12,471 nt of DNA, from assembly GCA_041288095.1 (NCBI GenBank), contig JBGGMJ010000161.1, positions 1-12,471 of the forward strand. Reading direction: 5' to 3'. The position numbers and the translations under genes are program-made. This document shows positions 9,154 to 12,471 of the stretch, in pieces (the first letter of the stretch is position 1; each line of letters begins with the position of its first letter). Below the pieces are notes generated by a model that was given only the letters and a program-made list of their open reading frames with translations, was not told where the DNA came from and searched no databases. This DNA comes from Myxococcota bacterium (GTDB taxonomy: Bacteria; Myxococcota; XYA12-FULL-58-9; JALHOP01).

Positions 9154-12036
9154 CTAACCCGTTGGAATTGCTGCGGTTAGGTCGAGCGTCCCGGTCGCGG
9201 GCTTCGCCTTTTCGTCCATGGCGGCGAGCAGTGGATGGCGGGCAGCGGCCTTGGCGATGCGCAGCGGGCGGATCTGGAGCAGATACGCCTTGTCGCCGAT
9301 CATGCCGAATTCGACGTCCCAGGGGATGCCCTTGTTGTCAGGCATCTTGTCCTCGACCTCTTTGGCGAGCTGACGGATCTCGTCAGCCTTGGCCTTGTCG
9401 AGCAGGACGTCGCGGGTGCTGGTCGCGGTGAGCACCACGTCTTCCTTTGGCGGCGGCGGGATGATCTTGCAGGTCACCGTCCGGTTCGAGGCGAGAAAGC
9501 GCTGATCGCCGTTGTTGCGGATGACCACGGTCTCGGGGACGCCGCCGTCGACGACCGCGGCCGCGCCTTCGCTGATGCTGACGGTGATGGCCTTCTCGTC
9601 GCCGGTCTCGATGTCGGTGGTGACGAGAACCCCGGACAGCTCGCTCGGCACGGTCTTGTGTAAGACGACCGAGGGGAAGACGAACTCGGGATTGGTGAGC
9701 AGCCGCTGGCGCCAGCGGTAGGACCGGTCCTGGAAGGGTGAAGCCCAGACGTCGCGGATGGCCGCGAGGATGGAGGCGCGGCTGACGCGATTGAACACCG
9801 TCTTGTTCAGGCCGGCGCCCGTGAAGTCCTTCAAGTCCTCGACGTTGGTGTCGCTGCGCACGAAGACACCGAAGGTGCCGATGTCACCGAGCCTCGCGAG
9901 CGCTGCGTCGACCTCGGCCTCGAAACCATCGGGATACGGCAAATCCGCGATAGCGGTACGGAAGCGCGCAAGCTCGCTCAGCATGTAGCGCTCGGCTTCT
10001 TCGTCGGGGAGCCGTTGCGCCAGCGAATAGGCATAACGCAAACGCGCGAACGGTGAGGGCGCGCCGTTGGCGGCGGGCCGGTCGACGTGTTTTACGAAGG
10101 CGCCGAAAGGGATGATGGCGGCATCGGAGACGCGGGTCGGGAACAGGCGTTTCAAGTGCCCGAGCTCGCCGGCCTTGGGGCCGACGCGGACACCGGAGTC
10201 CTTCTCGCTCACCTCCGACAAGGGGAGAATACGACTGGTTTTCAGGTCGAGCTTGTCCGCGGCGATGCTGAAGGTGGTCGGTTGCTTGTCGCGCTTCTGG
10301 AGCAGTGCCTCGCGCTCCTCATTGCTGAACGCGGAGGCCAGCCCGATGAGCACACGGCGGCCGGCGCTCACGCCCAGCACGAGGTCTTGGCCGTCGAGCT
10401 CGCGCAACTTCGCCGAGAGCTCACCCGAGGTCGCGAGCGGGATGCCGAGGTTACGCGCGAGCATGGCTACGTGCGAGAGGCTGCCGACTGCGCCGGTGGT
10501 GATGACACCCGCGACCGGCGGTAGGTCCGGAGGCAAGTCCTGCAAGAAGGCGATGTCGTCACGCTGCAATGCCGCGAGCTTGGCCGCGGTGTCGACGATG
10601 CGCAGCTTGCCGATGGCGATGCCCGCGTTTTCACCCCGTACCCCGGCCGTGCTCGGAGTGTCGCCGAGTCCGACCATCCGATGTCCGCCGCCGCGGAGCG
10701 ACTCGGCGTCGGCGGCCAGGCGATCGAGCGTCACCGCGATCGGCAACATGACACCACTGCGGAGAATATCGTCCATGACGTTCTCGGCGCGCGGCTCGAT
10801 GGCCTGATACCGATCGAGCGCCATGCCGACGTCAGCGTAGATGCGGGCGCGGGCCCACGAGAGCACGCGCTCGGCCTGACCAACCCCGGCGACATATTCG
10901 CTCGCGGTGCCGGAATTCATGCGCGCAATGGACGCCTGCGCGTTGATGAGCTCGCGTTGCGAGAGGTAGCCCAAGGCCTTGGCGCTGCTGATGAGGTTCG
11001 AGAAGACAGCGAGCGTCTGCGCGCGCGTGAGCGGCATGCGCGTCAGATCCGCGGTGACGCCGACCCAGAGCTCCTCGACGAGCTGCATGGTGTGGAGCAA
11101 GAGCAGATTGCGCTCGCCTTGACGCGGGTGATTCGTCTCCGCTAAAGCGGCCTCGGCCGTCTGGATGAGGCGACCGCCGTTCTCGATGATCGCGAGAGTG
11201 TCCTTGCCCGTGAGCTTCGCGAAGGTGTCGATGTGACGCTTGGTGGCGTCGTCACGCACCCACTTCTGCACGTTCTGCAGGCGTTCGAGGCGCGCGCTCG
11301 CGTCGAAGTGTTTCTTCAGCGTGGCGGCGAGCTCCAGCGCCTGTTTGGCGAAGTCGCTGTTCTTGGTTTTTTTGGCGTAGGCCTCGACCGACAGGATGTC
11401 GGACGGCTCGGGCGCCGCGTGTACCTTGAAACGAATGGGCGCGAACATCGGGTCGAGATCGCCGAGCACCGCGGCTTGATCGCGAACCAGCGACGCGGTC
11501 GAGCCCTGCTGGCCGTAGGGCATCGAGTCGATGAGACGGATGGAGAGCGAGCGGCGCTCGTCGAACATCGTCTTCTGGCCCATCAGCGCGATCATGATCA
11601 GGCGTGCCGCTTCGTCTTCGTCTTCGACTTGGCGAAAGCCGCGATAGGTCTTCGCCTTCTTCAAGGTCCAGCCGTCGAGGGCGCGCTCGAGATAGCGCTC
11701 GACGATGAAAGCGCGCGCTCGGTAGTAGTCGTTCTCGGCGAAGCTCTTGGGCTCGAGTGCCGCCAAGATGGTGCCGGCGTAGATGCCGAGCTTACCGAGC
11801 TCGACCGCTTCGCGCTTCAAGACGCCGTACTGCTTGCCGCTGCCGTGCTCGAGGCAGTTGCCTTCCTTGGGGACGACCTCGGTGCCGTCGTTGCAGTACC
11901 ACATGATGCCGCCGTAGGGGCCCTTGTAGTTGGCCTGCATCTCGGCGACCCAAGCCTTGGCCTTCTGAATCTGATCCGCAGTGAGAGCGCCGGGCATATC
12001 GGCGCCCAAGACGAGAGCAAGGGCGAGGGCGAGCAT
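9154..12036 (-). CDS. PEP/pyruvate-binding (PPDK_N ATP-grasp) domain protein with phosphohistidine swivel domain and putative signal peptide; dikinase-like, substrate unknown
   Basis: His-swivel motif 'GSLSHVAMLARNLGIP' (H522). ATP-grasp motifs 'VGPKAGELG' (K621), 'VFVRSDTNVEDLKDFTGAGLN' (R727), 'SGVLVT', 'WDVEFG...YLLQIRP'. Hydrophobic leader MLALALALVLGA. No C-terminal PEP-binding TIM barrel. Confidence 0.88.
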   Translation of the reverse strand: MLALALALVLGADMPGALTADQIQKAKAWVAEMQANYKGPYGGIMWYCNDGTEVVPKEGNCLEHGSGKQYGVLKREAVELGKLGIYAGTILAALEPKSFAENDYYRARAFIVERYLERALDGWTLKKAKTYRGFRQVEDEDEAARLIMIALMGQKTMFDERRSLSIRLIDSMPYGQQGSTASLVRDQAAVLGDLDPMFAPIRFKVHAAPEPSDILSVEAYAKKTKNSDFAKQALELAATLKKHFDASARLERLQNVQKWVRDDATKRHIDTFAKLTGKDTLAIIENGGRLIQTAEAALAETNHPRQGERNLLLLHTMQLVEELWVGVTADLTRMPLTRAQTLAVFSNLISSAKALGYLSQRELINAQASIARMNSGTASEYVAGVGQAERVLSWARARIYADVGMALDRYQAIEPRAENVMDDILRSGVMLPIAVTLDRLAADAESLRGGGHRMVGLGDTPSTAGVRGENAGIAIGKLRIVDTAAKLAALQRDDIAFLQDLPPDLPPVAGVITTGAVGSLSHVAMLARNLGIPLATSGELSAKLRELDGQDLVLGVSAGRRVLIGLASAFSNEEREALLQKRDKQPTTFSIAADKLDLKTSRILPLSEVSEKDSGVRVGPKAGELGHLKRLFPTRVSDAAIIPFGAFVKHVDRPAANGAPSPFARLRYAYSLAQRLPDEEAERYMLSELARFRTAIADLPYPDGFEAEVDAALARLGDIGTFGVFVRSDTNVEDLKDFTGAGLNKTVFNRVSRASILAAIRDVWASPFQDRSYRWRQRLLTNPEFVFPSVVLHKTVPSELSGVLVTTDIETGDEKAITVSISEGAAAVVDGGVPETVVIRNNGDQRFLASNRTVTCKIIPPPPKEDVVLTATSTRDVLLDKAKADEIRQLAKEVEDKMPDNKGIPWDVEFGMIGDKAYLLQIRPLRIAKAAARHPLLAAMDEKAKPATGTLDLTAAIPTG

Positions 12037-12083
12037 GGTGCCTAGTTGTATCGTCGCGACCGAAGCGCGTCGACCCCGCCTGC

Positions 12084-12425
12084 CTATTGGGCGAGCGATA
12101 TTCCGTGACGCTCCGTGGCTGCGCGGATGACCGCCCGGGCGCGATGGACGGTCAGCTGCAGCCCTGGGGCGAGGTCATCGGCTGCCGCGGGTGGCGCAAG
12201 CGCGAGGGCGCGCAGGGTTGCCATGCCGCGCGTTGCCAGCACTTGTGCGTCCGCGACCGAGAGGCCCTCGAGGCTCCCCACGGGCTCCTCCAGCCACTTG
12301 AACGCGTCGATACGCTCGACCGCGGCGGCGCGCAGGATGTTGGCGCTACGCGCCTCGGCAAAGGCGGTACCGGTGGTCGCGAGCACTGAGGTGCCGGGTA
12401 CATTCAACATCAACTTGCTGACCAT
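12084..12425 (-). CDS. Small hypothetical protein with helix-hairpin-helix-like segment
   Basis: ATG preceded by GAGGG, co-oriented 47 nt upstream of the dikinase gene. 'PVGSLEGLSVADAQVLATRGMATLRALA' resembles HhH-type 'LxGxxxxxAxxLxxxGxxTxxxLA' segments. Confidence 0.55.
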   Translation of the reverse strand: MVSKLMLNVPGTSVLATTGTAFAEARSANILRAAAVERIDAFKWLEEPVGSLEGLSVADAQVLATRGMATLRALALAPPAAADDLAPGLQLTVHRARAVIRAATERHGISLAQ

Positions 12426-12471
12426 TCAGCCGCCCTCGCTCATTGAGACGTTTCCTTCTCGCGCTCCGCGG

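Noticed and set aside
9154..12036. Annotation as ppsA, ppdK or rifampin phosphotransferase
   Set aside because: Domain order is reversed, the PEP-binding barrel is absent, and an export-like leader is present.
10067..12045. + strand ORFs 10067-10807 and 11233-12045
   Set aside because: Antisense to the dikinase-like gene, no motifs.

Overview
GC-rich bacterial window; gene content and signal-peptide style suggest Myxococcota/Deltaproteobacteria (inference). In order: (1) the 3' end of a HEAT-like protein with a C-terminal cNMP-binding domain; (2) a convergent HExxH M91/NleD-like metallopeptidase that appears frameshifted; (3) a translationally coupled fur/perR-like regulator plus signal-peptide-bearing katG, with a tandem operator-like repeat upstream; (4) two divergent, coupled paralogous His-box di-iron hydroxylase/desaturase genes sharing an unrecognised N-terminal domain; (5) an exported class A beta-lactamase-fold serine hydrolase; (6) a ~520-nt intergenic region holding a ~170-nt strongly base-paired element; (7) a 960-aa, apparently exported PEP-synthase/PPDK-like dikinase with glucan-water-dikinase domain order; (8) a small HhH-like hypothetical gene. 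The best candidates for novelty are the exported dikinase plus serine hydrolase pair, the structured intergenic element between them, and the tandem desaturase-like paralogs. No CRISPR array, tRNA, rRNA or transposase was seen. All assignments come from reading motifs by eye; no searches were run.
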